Part shown: positions 28,008 to 42,644 of the stretch, piece by piece | Layout: the number at the start of each line of letters is the position of its first letter | Position numbering within the stretch: position 1 is the first letter of the stretch | Assembly (NCBI GenBank): GCA_951406725.2 | Contig: OX597825.1 | Coordinates: forward strand, 83,824,001-83,888,000 | Source of the DNA: Octopus vulgaris | Lineage: Eukaryota | Length of the DNA: 64,000 bases | Reading direction: 5' to 3' | Translations under genes and position numbers: made by a program | The notes under the pieces: model-generated | What the model saw: only the letters and a program-made list of their open reading frames with translations | Databases searched by the model: none | Told to the model about the DNA's origin: nothing

Positions 28008-28350
28008 AATTTAAGGACTGAAACAGGTAAAATCCAGGATACATATGCCTCCTAGCTAACCGAACCTAGGAACCAGTATTCACTTAGTACAGTAGCTACT
28101 GATCAGGCCTATGATACCTTAATTAAATGAAGGTGACATTGTCGTCAAGAGATCCCAAGTTAACTCGGAGGGGCTTTGATCGAAATCTCTTGAGATCCTT
28201 TGATGACAGTGTAACCTTCATTTAAATAAGGTCTCTTCGTCCTGAAGAGTAGCCAATGGAGTACTCCTTGTTGAGTAATTATTACTTTCGAGGTTCTGCT
28301 GGCTAGGGAACATATGTAGCCTGAAACTTACCTATTCCATTCCCTAAATT
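28008..28350. mobile_element. Old MITE/fold-back element, ~150-bp imperfect inverted arms
   Basis: caggatacatatg..aaatgaaggt..gatcccaag / cttgagatc..accttcattt..catatgtagcctg. Confidence 0.7.
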
Positions 28351-28411
28351 TGTTTATACATACATACATACATACATATATGAATACACACACACACACA
28401 CACACACACAT

Positions 28412-28466
<55 letters not shown>

Positions 28467-28574
28467 AAATAATGAGGGAGATAAATTGAATATTAATTTA
28501 ATTAATATCAATTTAAAACCAGTAGCCTAGCATACAAATATATGAGTGTGTGTGTGTGTATATATATATATATG

Positions 28575-28725
28575 ATATAAAATTCGTTCTGTCTGTCTGT
28601 GTGTGTGTCTTCTAGGATCTCGGGCATCTTCCATCCAATTGCGCTCAAATTTGATATGTAGATACCGACGGTATCAGGGCGTGTATAAATCTTGAAAGAA
28701 TTACAAAAATCGATTCCAAGTGAGA
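28575..28725 (+). mobile_element. Possible non-autonomous Helitron-like 5' fragment
   Basis: tataaa..(ctgt)n..atccaattgcgctcaaatttg pattern; similar at 48950-49200 and 53782-54130. Confidence 0.35.
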
Positions 28726-29215
28726 TAGATAGATAGATACATACATACATACGTACATACATACATAAATACATAGATACATACTTATATACATACATAC
28801 ATACATGCATACATACATACATACATAAATACATACATACATACTTACATACATACATACACACACATGCATATATACATACATACATACATACATACAT
28901 ACATACATACATACATACATACATACATACATACATAGAACTACTGATATCTACACAATGGAGATACTGTACGTATTAGTTACATTGCCATACAAATGGG
29001 ATGCTCCAATCTCTTTATAAGTTGTCAATCTGATTATAGTTTAGTCTTTTCTTTCATTCCATTTCTATGTACTTATCGGTGGGGGTCTGTCATTCTAAGT
29101 ACATGTTTAGTTCATGCATATATACACACATACATATATGCTTGTATATAATGTAAAATATATATATAGATAGATAGATAGATAGATAGATACGTATAGA
29201 AGTACATATACGTAC

Positions 29216-29268
<53 letters not shown>

Positions 29269-29281
29269 GATATATATATGC

Positions 29282-29321
<40 letters not shown>

Positions 29322-29453
29322 ACTCCGTACCATCACCATCAACATATCCGCCAGTACTCACTGTCGAGGTTACTGCAATATCCTTGACAGAAAGTACATT
29401 TTGCACACACAGACGCACGCACACATATACACACTCTTACAGAAGTGAGCTTA

Positions 29454-29500
<47 letters not shown>

Positions 29501-30135
29501 GTAAGTATATATATGTATGTATATATATGACATAGCAATCCAATTCGAGATGTAAAATATCTGAATACTAAAGTCTAACGTCAAATAACTGTCAAAGCAT
29601 TTAGCATCGGAATCAATATTAAAAAAGCAGTCTTTTGTTATATTTTGTTTTTTTTATTTTGTTTTACTTCCTTCTTCGTTTTCATTTTTTTTTCTATACT
29701 TTTATTGAAATTTTGTAGTTTTTATTTTTTTATTTTTTGTGTTTGGTTTTCAATACCAATGTTCGGGTTGCTTTGGTATGAGAAGTCTGGCAACATGAAG
29801 ACATGTCGCTAAGTTAAACTGTTAGACAACTCCACATTGCGCTTTTGTGATTGTCAACATGTTGTTTGCATGAAAAATGAATGGTATTGAGGTCGAACTG
29901 TCACTCCATTCCATCAATCATTCGCTAATAGTGATTATATCGACCTAATCCAAAACAAAAAACAACAAAATAAATAAAATATATCTCTTATTTCTTCTTA
30001 TTTCTGCGGATAGTTTTTTAAAAGTTTTCGTTTTATATATTTAGCACTTCTGGGGGGAAATTTTTTTGTTGGGTAGAAGTGGTGAATGCGTTGAGTGGAC
30101 ATTTTGTGTGTGCTCATATGTATGCGGCTATTACA

Positions 30136-30180
<45 letters not shown>

Positions 30181-30311
30181 TGCGTGTGTTTGTGTGCATG
30201 TATACATATATATGTACATATATATATGTATATATATATGCATGCATATATATATAAATATGTATATATATGTACGCCATAGAGCATATAAGCATTTATG
30301 TGCACATGTGT

Positions 30312-30371
<60 letters not shown>

Positions 30372-30483
30372 GTAGATAGATACTGACAAACAGAAATTCA
30401 TACTGTGTTTAAATAAATAAAAACGTATTCTTAGTGTGCATATAAATATATGCATGTCAGTGTATCTGCCAATATAGGATATT

Positions 30484-30523
<40 letters not shown>

Positions 30524-30951
30524 AAATATAAGTGTAAATATATGTGTATAATATATACATTTATATCTATGTATTTATATTTATATCTATATGCTCATGT
30601 ACGCATATATAAACGTACATGTATTTAAATTGTATTTCTTCTTGAATATGCAGTTCGTCACCAAGTTACATATATCCATATATATACACGCACGCACACA
30701 TGTGTGTGTGTGTGTGTGTGTGTGTGAATATGTGCACGCGGCCCTGTGTGTATTCACATAATTGTATGTCTATACTTATATATATATATACATAAATCTA
30801 TATAACTCTATAAATCTATTTAAGTCTGCTTTCTTGAATCATTGCTGACGTTTATTTAAAATTTCTTACCTCCTTCGTTGACATTTTTATTACTATTACC
30901 ATTATCATTATTATCATTATCATTATCGTTATTATTATTATCATTATTATC

Positions 30952-30987
<36 letters not shown>

Positions 30988-31269
30988 CATTATTATTATT
31001 ATTATTAGTTAAAATATTTTCATTGTCATGAATTTTCTTACATTTAAATGAATATTGTTTCTGTTACTTTTTCACATGTTAGCTGTGGATGTAGATTTTT
31101 TTTCTTCTTCTTGTTCCAGTTGCTGTTGTTAACCGCTGTATTCTTGTATTTTGGTATTTTTGATATTTGTTATTTGTTTTTTATATTTGTTTTTGTCTCT
31201 TGGAGCGGACTTGTTTTTTGTTTTTTTTTTGCTTACTGATTGTAAGCATCTCTTAGCCTTTCTATATGT

Positions 31270-31790
31270 GTGTATGTGTGTGTGCGTACGTATATGTACT
31301 TGTGTGTGTGTGTGTGTACGTATATATACTTGTGTGTGTGTGTGTACGTATATATACTTGTGTTTGTACGTATATATACTTGTGTATGTGTACGTATATA
31401 TACTTGTCTGTGTGTACGTATATATACTTGTCTGTGTGTACGTATATATACTTATGTGTATGTTTACATATATGTACTTGTGTGTGTGTGTATGTATATA
31501 TACTTGTGCGTGTGTACGTATACATACTTGTGCGTGTGTACGTATATATACTTGTGTGTGTGTTTACATATATGTACTTGTGTGTGTGTGTGTACGTATA
31601 TATACTTGTGTGTGTGTACGTATAAAAACTTGTGTGTGTGTACGTACATATACTTGTGTGTGCGTGTGTACGTATATATACTTGTGCGTGTGCGTGTTTA
31701 CGTATATATACTTGTGCGTGTGTGTGTGTGTACATATATATATCTGTGTGTGTATGTACGTATCAATACTTATGTATGTACCTATATATA
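31270..31790. repeat. ~22-24-bp minisatellite (TGTGTGTACGTATATATACT) derived from TG/TA repeats
   Basis: Direct reading. Confidence 0.9.
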
Positions 31791-32079
31791 CTTACACGTG
31801 CCTTGTATATACAAGGATGCTATACAAGTGTAATAACAAACTCAAACACACATGCAAACACACACACACATATTATGGAGTGGGTATTATATGTATTAGT
31901 AATTGGGTTATGTATCTACAAGATATATATATATATAATAAATATACTATTTATATACATATATATACCTTATACATATATATATTTATATTATATATAT
32001 ATATTTGTGTGTGTATTCATATATATGTATGTGTATGCTTATGTAAAATTATATGTATATATGCATATATGCATTTCTG

Positions 32080-32112
<33 letters not shown>

Positions 32113-32385
32113 AAAATTATATGTAAATATACATATATGTATCTATCTCTCTCTACTCGTGTGTGTGTGTGCGTGTGTATGCAGAACTCTATGTATATAT
32201 GCATACGCACACATGTATATACGCACACGCACACACAAACACACTCACGCACACAAACACATTCATACACCTACTCACACAGCTCAAACATTTCATATCA
32301 ACTAGGATTGAGGAATTTTTGCTTTTTAGCATCATTAATAAAAATAGATCTTCCCATTCACTGTCATCTCTCTCCCCTTCTCTGC

Positions 32386-32417
<32 letters not shown>

Positions 32418-32765
32418 TTCTCTCCCCCTCTCTCTCTTCTTTCTATATTGTTTTGTTCTTTTACGATTTTCTTTTTGTATATGTGTTTCATATTTTTCTG
32501 ATTTTGCTGAAATATAAAATAATTTAGGTTGAATTGTATTTCCTAACATTTATCCAGCATCTTGTGACAGAATCAATCAAGGTTTCAAACTCCAAAGCAT
32601 CATATCTTTAACTTGTTCCCGTTACTGGACTAAGGCCATGCTGAAGCAACTTCTTGAATTATTTTTGTGAAATGAATCGACCCGGTAACATTTTTTTACA
32701 CTTACGGGGACGTAAACACACCAACACTAGTTGATGGGACAAACAGACACACACATACACATACA

Positions 32766-32798
<33 letters not shown>

Positions 32799-32821
32799 TT
32801 ATATATATATATATATATATA

Positions 32822-32980
32822 TAGAAGTGGCTGTGTGGTAAGTAGCTTGCTTCCCAACCACATGGTTCCGGGTTCAGTCCCACTGCGTGACACCTTCGGC
32901 AAGTGTATTCTACTATAGCCTCAGGCCTACCAAAGCCTTGTGAGTGGATTTTGTAGACGGAAACTGAAAGAAGTCCGTCG

Positions 32981-33064
<84 letters not shown>

Positions 33065-33250
33065 TGTGTCTGTGTTTGTCCCCCCAGCATCGATTGACAA
33101 CCGATGCTGTTGTGTTTACGTCCCCGTAACTTAGGGGTTCGGCAAAAAAGACCGAAAGAATAAGTCCAGGGCTCGATTTGTTCGATTAAAGGCGGTGCTC
33201 CAGCATGGCCGCAGTCAAATGACTGAAACATGTAAAAGAGTAAAGAGAGA
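32822..33250 (+). mobile_element. SINE family B
   Basis: Consensus match. Confidence 0.9.
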
Positions 33251-33438
33251 GTATGTGTGTGTGTGTGTGTGTGTGTGTGAAATGCAACGGTCTGTTTTCA
33301 GTGATATGGTGACTTGTTTGAGTATTTTTCGACTCCTATTTTTAGCAACGCTGGTTCTTCGTGTACCCCCAAATATAAAGCCTTTTGGCTTTAATGCTTA
33401 CTGGCCACGAATATTATTGTTGTTATTATTTATTGATG

Positions 33439-33471
<33 letters not shown>

Positions 33472-33553
33472 TTGTAAAGATTGTTTGCCAACATAACATG
33501 GCAGTTATGGACGAATGTTGCTGTAATTTAGCCCAAGGAGACATCGTCTCCAG

Positions 33554-33745
33554 CTGGCTAATACGACACGATCTGTGTCCTTATATTTTCGAAGAAGGGA
33601 ATCTAGCACCCCCACTCAGCTCAAAACAATATCTGTGAAGAGAAATAACCCAAAAATTGCGATGCATATATTGTTTTGAAATGAGTGAGGGTGCTAGATT
33701 CCCTTCTTCGAAAATATAAGGACACAGATCGTGTCGTATAGCCAG
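33554..33745. repeat. Inverted repeat, ~75-bp arms
   Basis: atacgacacgatctgtgtcc...ggacacagatcgtgtcgtat. Confidence 0.9.
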
Positions 33746-33789
33746 ACTTTAGTCTTACTCATATCAATCCTTAGCTCACGCACTACACG

Positions 33790-34235
33790 TCACTCAGGGA
33801 TTGTTGCTCTTTTAGGTTCAATGTAACGGCATTGCAGTTTGTGAGCACCTACTTGGAACTTACCTGCATTTAATTGCATTTTATATATGGCATCTAGGTG
33901 TTTCTGTAGAAGATCAACAACAGAAGTTTCCTTGACTGCTTCTACTGCTTTTGTGTGGTCGACATAACTAGTAATTCTAGCTGTTTGTGTAACTGATGAC
34001 ATGCCAGAAAGAGCTACCATGAATAGTTGCGGCCCCAATACAGTTCCCTGGGGCAATCTACTCTCTATTACTGTCTCCTTGGAGACGACGTCATTGGCTG
34101 TCAGAGCCTGGTTTCTGTTTTTTAAGAAGTCATACAACCACTAACCCAGTTTTCCGACAAAGCCAAGTTTCCGTAGCTTGTGACATATCATCCCATGATT
34201 AACCATATCAAAGGTCATTGTAAAATCGTGATACA
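33790..34235 (-). mobile_element. CR1/L2-type LINE reverse transcriptase fragment
   Basis: DFTMTFDMVNHGMICHKL..WLYDFL..PQGTVLGPQLF..YVDHTK..MQLNAGKFQV. Confidence 0.85.
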
Positions 34236-34333
34236 TGTTTGAGCGATTCCTTAATTGTTACTTACAAATCTATATTTATACATATACATACACATTTATG
34301 TATATATACATGCATACATATAAATATAAATAA

Positions 34334-34367
<34 letters not shown>

Positions 34368-34403
34368 CGGAAGGTTTGGAGATGATGTACAGGTATTATA
34401 TAT

Positions 34404-34642
34404 TAGAAAAATTGAGGTAATCAGATCAGATGGTTCATATTTGTAGATATTTATTTATATATTACATTTTTTACATATATATCATATCATTCGGATTAGC
34501 GCTTGCTCCCATTCTAGTGGGTTTTCAAACCCACTAGAATGGGAGCAAGCGCTAATCCGAATGATATGATATATATGTAAAAAATGTAATATATAAATAA
34601 ATATCTACAAATATGAACCATCTGATCTGATTACCTCAATTT

Positions 34643-34647
<5 letters not shown>
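34404..34647. repeat. Perfect palindrome, 121-bp arms, 2-nt loop
   Basis: Arms 34404-34524 and 34527-34647 are exact reverse complements; same family as 56157-56320. Confidence 0.95.
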
Positions 34648-34697
<50 letters not shown>

Positions 34698-34808
34698 GAA
34701 ATTAAATGATGAAGGACCATTCTGTTCATTGAATATCACACAAACTTTTGAATTCATTTAAGATTTTGACTGTATTTTGTGAGCTGTCAATGAATAGACA
34801 TACATACA

Positions 34809-34883
<75 letters not shown>

Positions 34884-35521
34884 GTATATATATACGTTAT
34901 ATTTAATAATTTATATATAAATATATACATACACACGTCTTTATACGCACGCATGTGTAGAAATACATCGGCACGCGGTCATTGTTTGTAAAAATACAAC
35001 ATCGCAGATACAATGTATGGAATACCAGAATGCATTGAAAGACATTTCCCGATATTTGTCTCATACTGTAGTTTTTTTTTTTTCCTTTGTTATTTTTTTT
35101 GCTTTTTGTTTGTTTTTCGTTTTGCTTTGTTTCGGTTTTCCCATATATTTTAATTGTCATTATATCGAGCGTTTTTTTTTTCCTCTCAGAATATTAACCT
35201 TGATATACGATGACCAAGATCATTATCTTCTCACATATTCTTCAACAACAACAAAAAAAAAATGTTAAATTCGCATCGGTTCTCTCTATATTGTTGTATT
35301 CTTTCTTCCCTGTTTCTATTTATATATTTCATTACCATCGACTTTTGAAGCTCTGAACAACTTTGTTAATAATCGTAGGCAAGTTACTAAAAGCCGATAC
35401 GATGTTCTATTTGATATGGTTATAAAAAGTAAAAAAACGTTTTCTGCCACACATTTTTATGTGACTTTTGATGTGCTGCCACATTTAAATAATAATATAC
35501 CTGGAAACCATAAATTTATTT

Positions 35522-35572
<51 letters not shown>

Positions 35573-35813
35573 CAGCCATAGCACTGCAGTCATGCTGGAG
35601 CACCGCTTTGAAGGGCTTGGGGGAACACATTGACACAGGTACTTAGAATTATTAAAGTGTGTTACTTAATTTATCAGTTTCTTTTCATGGGACCGCTAAG
35701 TTACGGGAACGTAAACCAACCAACACAACTTTTCAAGCGATGTGACCACAATCTACGTGTTGACAGACGATGCTTCCAGTTGATCCGATCAACAGAAAAG
35801 CCTGCTCTTATAA

Positions 35814-36101
35814 ACAATTACAAATAAGGACAAAAGAAAAACATTTTTGATGCCTATATGCTGAGAAATAGACTTTAAATTATCAATCACCACATACAAT
35901 ATACATCACTATAAATACACATCGTGTTGACTCGAGGAAAGCAAGCTAAAAGAATTTAAAAAAGAAATTCTGTTAGCTTGCTTTCCTCGAGTCAACACGA
36001 TGTGTATGTATAGTAATGTATATTGTATGTGGTGATTGATGATTAAAGTCTATTTCTCAGCATATAGGCATCAAAATGTTTTTTATTTGCCCTTATTTTT
36101 G

Positions 36102-36106
<5 letters not shown>
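35814..36106. repeat. Inverted repeat, ~140-bp arms, 7-nt spacer
   Basis: gactcgaggaaagcaagcta / tagcttgctttcctcgagtc; ends in (TA)n. Confidence 0.9.
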
Positions 36107-36148
<42 letters not shown>

Positions 36149-36309
36149 CAACAATCAATAATTTGTGTGAAGAAAATCATATCTTTATTTTAAGTCGCAC
36201 CTTAAAAATCCAACAATTGTTTCACTTGTATTAATATATATTAACATATATTTGTGCTTCCTTGATATCTGTCAGGAATTTTAAATCCCGTTTTTTTACT
36301 TTTGTATAT

Positions 36310-36740
36310 ATGCAAGACTCAAGAGAGATTTAAGGAAGAATGTTGCGATCGAGAAGGTGAATCACAATGACCTTTTTGTATGAGCAGTCTGTGACAGACC
36401 ATGCCTTTCTTTTGCTGGGCTCAAATCTCATTTACGAACCTATGGAAAACGAACCTCCTCCAACTATTCTGACTATATATCTGTGCACACTTTTGAATGC
36501 AGTGTATGCCAGAAGGTTTGCAAATCTAATGGAAGCCTCAAAAGACATTTTAAGATCCACAAAGATCAGGACTTTATCTACCGCTGCTCTTGGTGGTCCA
36601 AATCGGATATGCAATCTATGTGGGTGTCTTTTTAAAACGTTGTCTGGTTTTAAATGCTACGTCAGATGATATGATGGTCCTAAAGTGTAAATACAGGAAG
36701 TGATCAAACTCTGCATAGGGAGTAGACAACTACCATATGT
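36310..36740 (+). mobile_element. 5'-truncated RTE LINE 3' end encoding C2H2 zinc fingers
   Basis: Homologous to 50657-51075; CSVCQKVCKSNGSLKRHFKIH, CNLCGCLFKTLSG. Confidence 0.8.
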
Positions 36741-36744
36741 ATCG

Positions 36745-37119
36745 TGGCACTCCGTCGGTTACGACGACGAGGGTTCCGGTTGATCTGATCAACAGAACAG
36801 CCTGCTCTTGGAATTAACGTGCAAGCACTCCACAGAGACGTGTACTCTTAACGTAGTTCTCAGGGGGGATTCAGCGTGACACAGAGTGTGACAAGGCTGG
36901 TCCTTTGAAATGCAGTTACAACAGAAACAGGAAGAAAGAGTGAGAGAAAGTTGTGGTGAAAGACTACAACAGGGTTCACCTCCATCTCCTGCCGGAGCCT
37001 CGTGGGGCTGTAGGTACCTTCGGTCAATTAACACTCACAACGCCCGGTCTGGGAATCGAAACCGCGATCCTTCGACCAAGAGTCCGGTGCCTTAACCGCT
37101 GGGCCATTGCGTCTCCGCA

Positions 37120-37122
<3 letters not shown>
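36745..37122 (-). mobile_element. tRNA-derived SINE family D (3' tail shared with family C)
   Basis: tggcccagcggtta A-box, ggtttcgattccc B-box. Confidence 0.85.
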
Positions 37123-37200
<78 letters not shown>

Positions 37201-37726
37201 CGCGTGTGGGTGCACACGCGCGCGGGCACAGACACACAGGCACATGTACAAGATACACACACACGCATATGTATATATTGTACATGTGTGTGTGATGTAT
37301 TTGCTAATATTTAGCAGAATCAACAGAGTGACTCAAGGAAGAGTTTCCAGATTGAGGGGTTGTGAATTTCATTTACAAAGTGGGGAATAACAGAGGTTGA
37401 CAGACACCGAGTAGACAACGCATGTGCAGAAGCGAACGCTGCATATTTTCTCGATTTATATCGTGAACGGAATTTGTAGTCGCTAACTTGTCGACTGTGG
37501 AATCGTGCGGCTTAGTAGCTAGCGTGTTGCGCTCATGATCTTAAGACTATAGTTTCGATTCCTGAGCTGGCCGATGAGTGGTGCTTCTGAGCAAATACGT
37601 CCTCTCATGATGGTCCAGTCCGCTCGGCTGATAAAAGTTAGTCTTCCTACGGCGGACCGGCGTCCCGTCCAGATTGGAGAATGTACGCAGAAAGCAGAGA
37701 AACCAGCCTTTTAACTTAATAAGTAG

Positions 37727-37779
<53 letters not shown>

Positions 37780-37989
37780 TGTGTGTGGGTGGGGGTGGGG
37801 TGTGTGTGTGAGAGAGAGAGAGAGATGGACTCTCTGGTCGAAAACAACGTATAAGCATTCATATTTTGCTGAACGACCTGCACAAGGGTTTTGTTTATAA
37901 TAATCAAGTTCTTGTGTCACACGTTGGCTCACTCTCTCCATCGAATCGACATTGTTCGAACAGGAACATAGGGGGCTACGCGTCGGGTG

Positions 37990-38125
37990 TTGAAGGGATC
38001 GCTGAGCAACGTAAGATGAAGTGTTTTACACAAGAACAGAACGCACCCCTCCGGTCTAAGAATTGAAACCACGATCTCGCTATCGTGAGTGCAACTCCCT
38101 AATCACTAGGTCATGCGTTCTCATT
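37990..38125 (-). mobile_element. SINE family C head
   Basis: tRNA-like head; related heads at 37503-37600 (+) and 49670-49798 (-). Confidence 0.65.
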
Positions 38126-38160
38126 TATATAGAAAATATATAGACAAAAGTATATATATA

Positions 38161-38227
<67 letters not shown>

Positions 38228-38229
<2 letters not shown>

Positions 38230-38430
38230 CGGGAAGCTTTATGAAAATAGACAAAAGACGAAGGCAGGTGGAAAACAAACACACAATTGTATTAGTATGG
38301 CGCTCAGGAAATATAAATAAAACAAGTCTTTAACGTTTCGAGCCTACGCTCTTTAACAGAAAGATACACAGAGAGAAAAAAACACAGAAAGAAGGAGAGA
38401 AAAAAATGCGCGCAGTAACTAACGAACCAA
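38228..38430 (-). mobile_element. PLE-like short element with variant hammerhead (38327-38364)
   Basis: UCUUU-CUGUUAA-A-GAGC-GUAG-GCUC-GAAA-CG-UU-AAAGA. Confidence 0.7.
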
Positions 38431-38444
38431 CATGCATATGTATA

Positions 38445-38515
<71 letters not shown>

Positions 38516-38856
38516 ATATATATATATAGATAGATATAGATATATAATTATATATATATATAAGTATATGTATATATAAGTATATGTATATATATATATA
38601 TGTGTGTGTATATATATATTTATATATATATATAAGTATATGTATATATATATGTATATAAGTATATGTATATATATAAGTATATATATATAAGTATATG
38701 TATATATATATACATATATATGTATATTTATCTATGTGTGTGTGTGTAAGCTTCTATAAACACCCACACATGTATAATAAAAATATGTAGAAATATAAGT
38801 GTATATTTGTGAAGGTGCATGGTAATTAAAGCTACAGGAGGCGATTCATGCTATTC

Positions 38857-38892
38857 TGTCTTGACGAAGGAGTATTGCCCGAAACGTTAACA
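38857..38892 (+). ncRNA. Minimal hammerhead-like motif (C3U)
   Basis: UGUC-UUGACGA-AGG-AGUAUUG-CCC-GAAA-CG-UU-AACA. Confidence 0.5.
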
Positions 38893-39479
38893 TGCTTTTA
38901 TCTCTCTCTCCCGCAGTGACATATAAATACACTGAGTTTCCCTCTATTCATCGTTGTTACTGTGTTCACTTTGCCGTTGCCTGTGTTGTAATTGGCGTCC
39001 CTTCGTTATAGTATTTTCTGTAAATGCTGTTATCTGTGTGCGTGTATGCGTGTGTGAGTGTGTGTGTGTGATCACTGTGTGAGAGCTCATATAGAACTCA
39101 AAAACGCGAGCATGATTATTTTTTAACGACCTAGTGAGACGTGAAGGCATCTTTCATGTGCAAACGTCTTCGAGAAAGCAATATGCTCTAAACAATTCTT
39201 CGCTCAAAGTATTACCCATCAACCCACGCATTCACACACACACACACACACACACCACACACCTGACCCCCACCTCACACACACATACACAGACGTGTGC
39301 ATATTCCAAGACTCCATACCTACCGACTCTAAATAAAATAAATAATGGAAAAATACACACGTATATATTTGAGCAAACATTACTTTTCAATGGAAAAATT
39401 CTCTGCGTGTACACAATGGCTCTTAATAATCATTGCAGATTGAGTGGTAAACAACCAAAGTACAAAGTCAATATAGTCG

Positions 39480-39523
<44 letters not shown>

Positions 39524-39771
39524 GTGTGTGTTTTGATGTATGTATGCATACATATGCATGTATGTGTGTGTATATATAATTATATGAATGTATCTGTATA
39601 CATATATATATATATATATATATACACGCATGTTTGTATATAATATATGCATACGCATATATGCGCGTGTGTGTGTGTTTGTGTCTGTGTCTTGAAGTAT
39701 GTATGCATAAATATCTATGTATATATACATATGCACATATGTGTGTGTATATATATAATTATATGAATTAC

Positions 39772-39809
<38 letters not shown>

Positions 39810-39838
39810 GCACGTTTGTATATAATGTATACATATGC

Positions 39839-39870
<32 letters not shown>

Positions 39871-40017
39871 ATGTGTGTGTTCATATACGTATATGCTTAC
39901 ATACATATACCCATATGTATATATCTACGTATATATGCATATATGTATGAATGTGTATATATATAGGCATACATATATATATACATATATGTTTACATGT
40001 AAGTGTGTACATATTTC

Positions 40018-40096
<79 letters not shown>

Positions 40097-42139
40097 AGAA
40101 ACTGGAGCACCATTAAATCGTTTGCAAAACGGCGATAGAGAATGAGAAAGCAACGTAAAAACATAGACATCATGAACAAACAAACAAATAAACAGAAACA
40201 AGGAAAAAAAACACACACACAAACAAAACAAGAGAAAACAATTCAGAAACACAACAACAACAACAACAATGAAGAAACATTTCTTCGTATTTCTTCATTT
40301 TTCTTCTTCCCGTCAGAAAAATATCAAAGGCAGAGACGAAAGAGAGAGAGAGAAAAAAAAATGTTGGACGAAACAAATTATAGGTAGAAACGGTGTTGGT
40401 GAAGCTAGCGACATTCGTAAGTTTGTAGGATATTAGAACGAAAATGCTAAGTGTAACTAACGCAACAGAAAATAAAATGAAAAATACGAATGAAATAAAT
40501 ATATGGGGAGGAAAATAATGAATGAATAAAGTAAATAAACAAATTAATAAATAAATAAATATAAGAGATGATGAGAATAGGAGAATGAGAGAATGGGCAG
40601 CTGGATTCGTAGTGGAAATAATTGAAAACATTGGTTTAAATTTCGTAACAGAACGGTGGAATATAGACAAAATGAGGAAGGAAGAAAGGAACGCGAATTT
40701 GAAATGAATACACACATACATACATACATACATACATACATACATACATACATACATACATACATGCATACATACATACATACACACACACATATACATA
40801 CACACATACATACATACATACATACAAACATACATACATACATACATACATATATAAATAGATTCATACATACAAACATACATGCATGCATATATGCATA
40901 CATACATACATGCATACATACATACATGCATATATATTGGGATATGCACACTTATGCGTGCATACGTAAAGGTGTACGCAAATGACAGCGCATAACACAT
41001 GCACAAACATAGGACCACTAATAAATACTTCAACGTACAATGCCTACACCCAGACACTAACAGACCCCTAGCTGTATACATACATACACATACATACATA
41101 CATTATATATTGATACATACAGGCATACACACACATTCATAAATATAGACATACATACATAAATACATGCACACACACATACATACACACATATGCATTC
41201 GTACATACGAACATACATAGCCACACATACATACACAAATACATACATACATACATTATATATATAGATAGAAACATGCATACACACACATACGTACATA
41301 AAGATAGACATACATACATAAATACATGCGCACACACACATACATACTACATACATACATACACACATACACACGCGCACATACGCACACACGTACATAC
41401 ACGCACATACACACACTTACATACAAATACACACATACATATATACACACATATACATAAATACACATACATATATACACACACATATATACACACACAT
41501 CCACAAACACACATACATACATACATACATACATACACATACATAAATACACACATACATAAATACTCACACATACATACACATACACACACACACACAC
41601 ATACATATATACATAAATACATTGCAACACAGGTACGCATCAAAGATATCAACGTATTAACACTAAGGCAAACACAGCCATACACACACACACACATGGT
41701 ATAAACACGTACACAAACAAACGCTTTCACACACGCACACATACGGATACACTCAAGCACACACACACACACAAATATTTTTTTTTATAAAAAAAGCGAG
41801 AGAGAGAGAGAGGGAGGGAGCATGATTAACGTGGTTTCATTGAGTGAAATAATAGAGAAATCAATACGGAATAGGGGAGAAACACGTAGATTACATCTGC
41901 ATTAAAGACAACGAAATACAACAACAGAAGCAGCAGCAGGGGCAGCGGCAGCAGCAGCAACGGCAAAGAACAACAAGTGTAACAGCGACGCGGCGGCGGC
42001 ACCTGCAGCAGCAATGACGGTTCATGCATAAAGGAGACAACAACAACAACAACAACAACAATGATACTAATAATGTTATCATTACTACGAATGAAAGTGG
42101 GATAATATTTGAAAGTGCATGAAATGAAAAGCTGCGGAG

Positions 42140-42199
<60 letters not shown>

Positions 42200-42562
42200 G
42201 TGTATATGTGTGTGTGTGTGTGTGTTTGCGTGTGTGTGTGTGTGTGTTTGCATGTCTGTGTGGGTGCATGTGTGTATAAATAAGTGTGTGTGTTTGCGCC
42301 CGCTGTGTGTGTCTGTGTTTGTCCGCCCCACTATCACTTGACAACCGATGTTGGTCTGTTTAAGTCCCCGTAACTTAGCGGTTCCGCAAAAGAGACCGAT
42401 AGAATAAGTACTAGGTTTACAAAGAATAAGTCCTGGGGGGGTCGATTTGCTCGACTAAAGGCGGTGCTCCAGCAAGGCCACCGTCAAATGACTGAAACAT
42501 ACCAACATTAGTTGTCAAGCGATGGTGGGGGAAAGATGCACAAACACATACACATACATACG

Positions 42563-42611
<49 letters not shown>

Positions 42612-42644
42612 CATATACGACGGGCTTCTTTCAGTTTCCACGCC

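Noticed and set aside
31151-32305. 384-aa ORF and the many YI/CV/TH-rich ORFs
   Set aside because: Translations of TA/TG micro- and minisatellites.
41915-42030. GC-rich CAG/GCG stretch as an exon
   Set aside because: Low-complexity trinucleotide sequence with no supported frame or splice sites.
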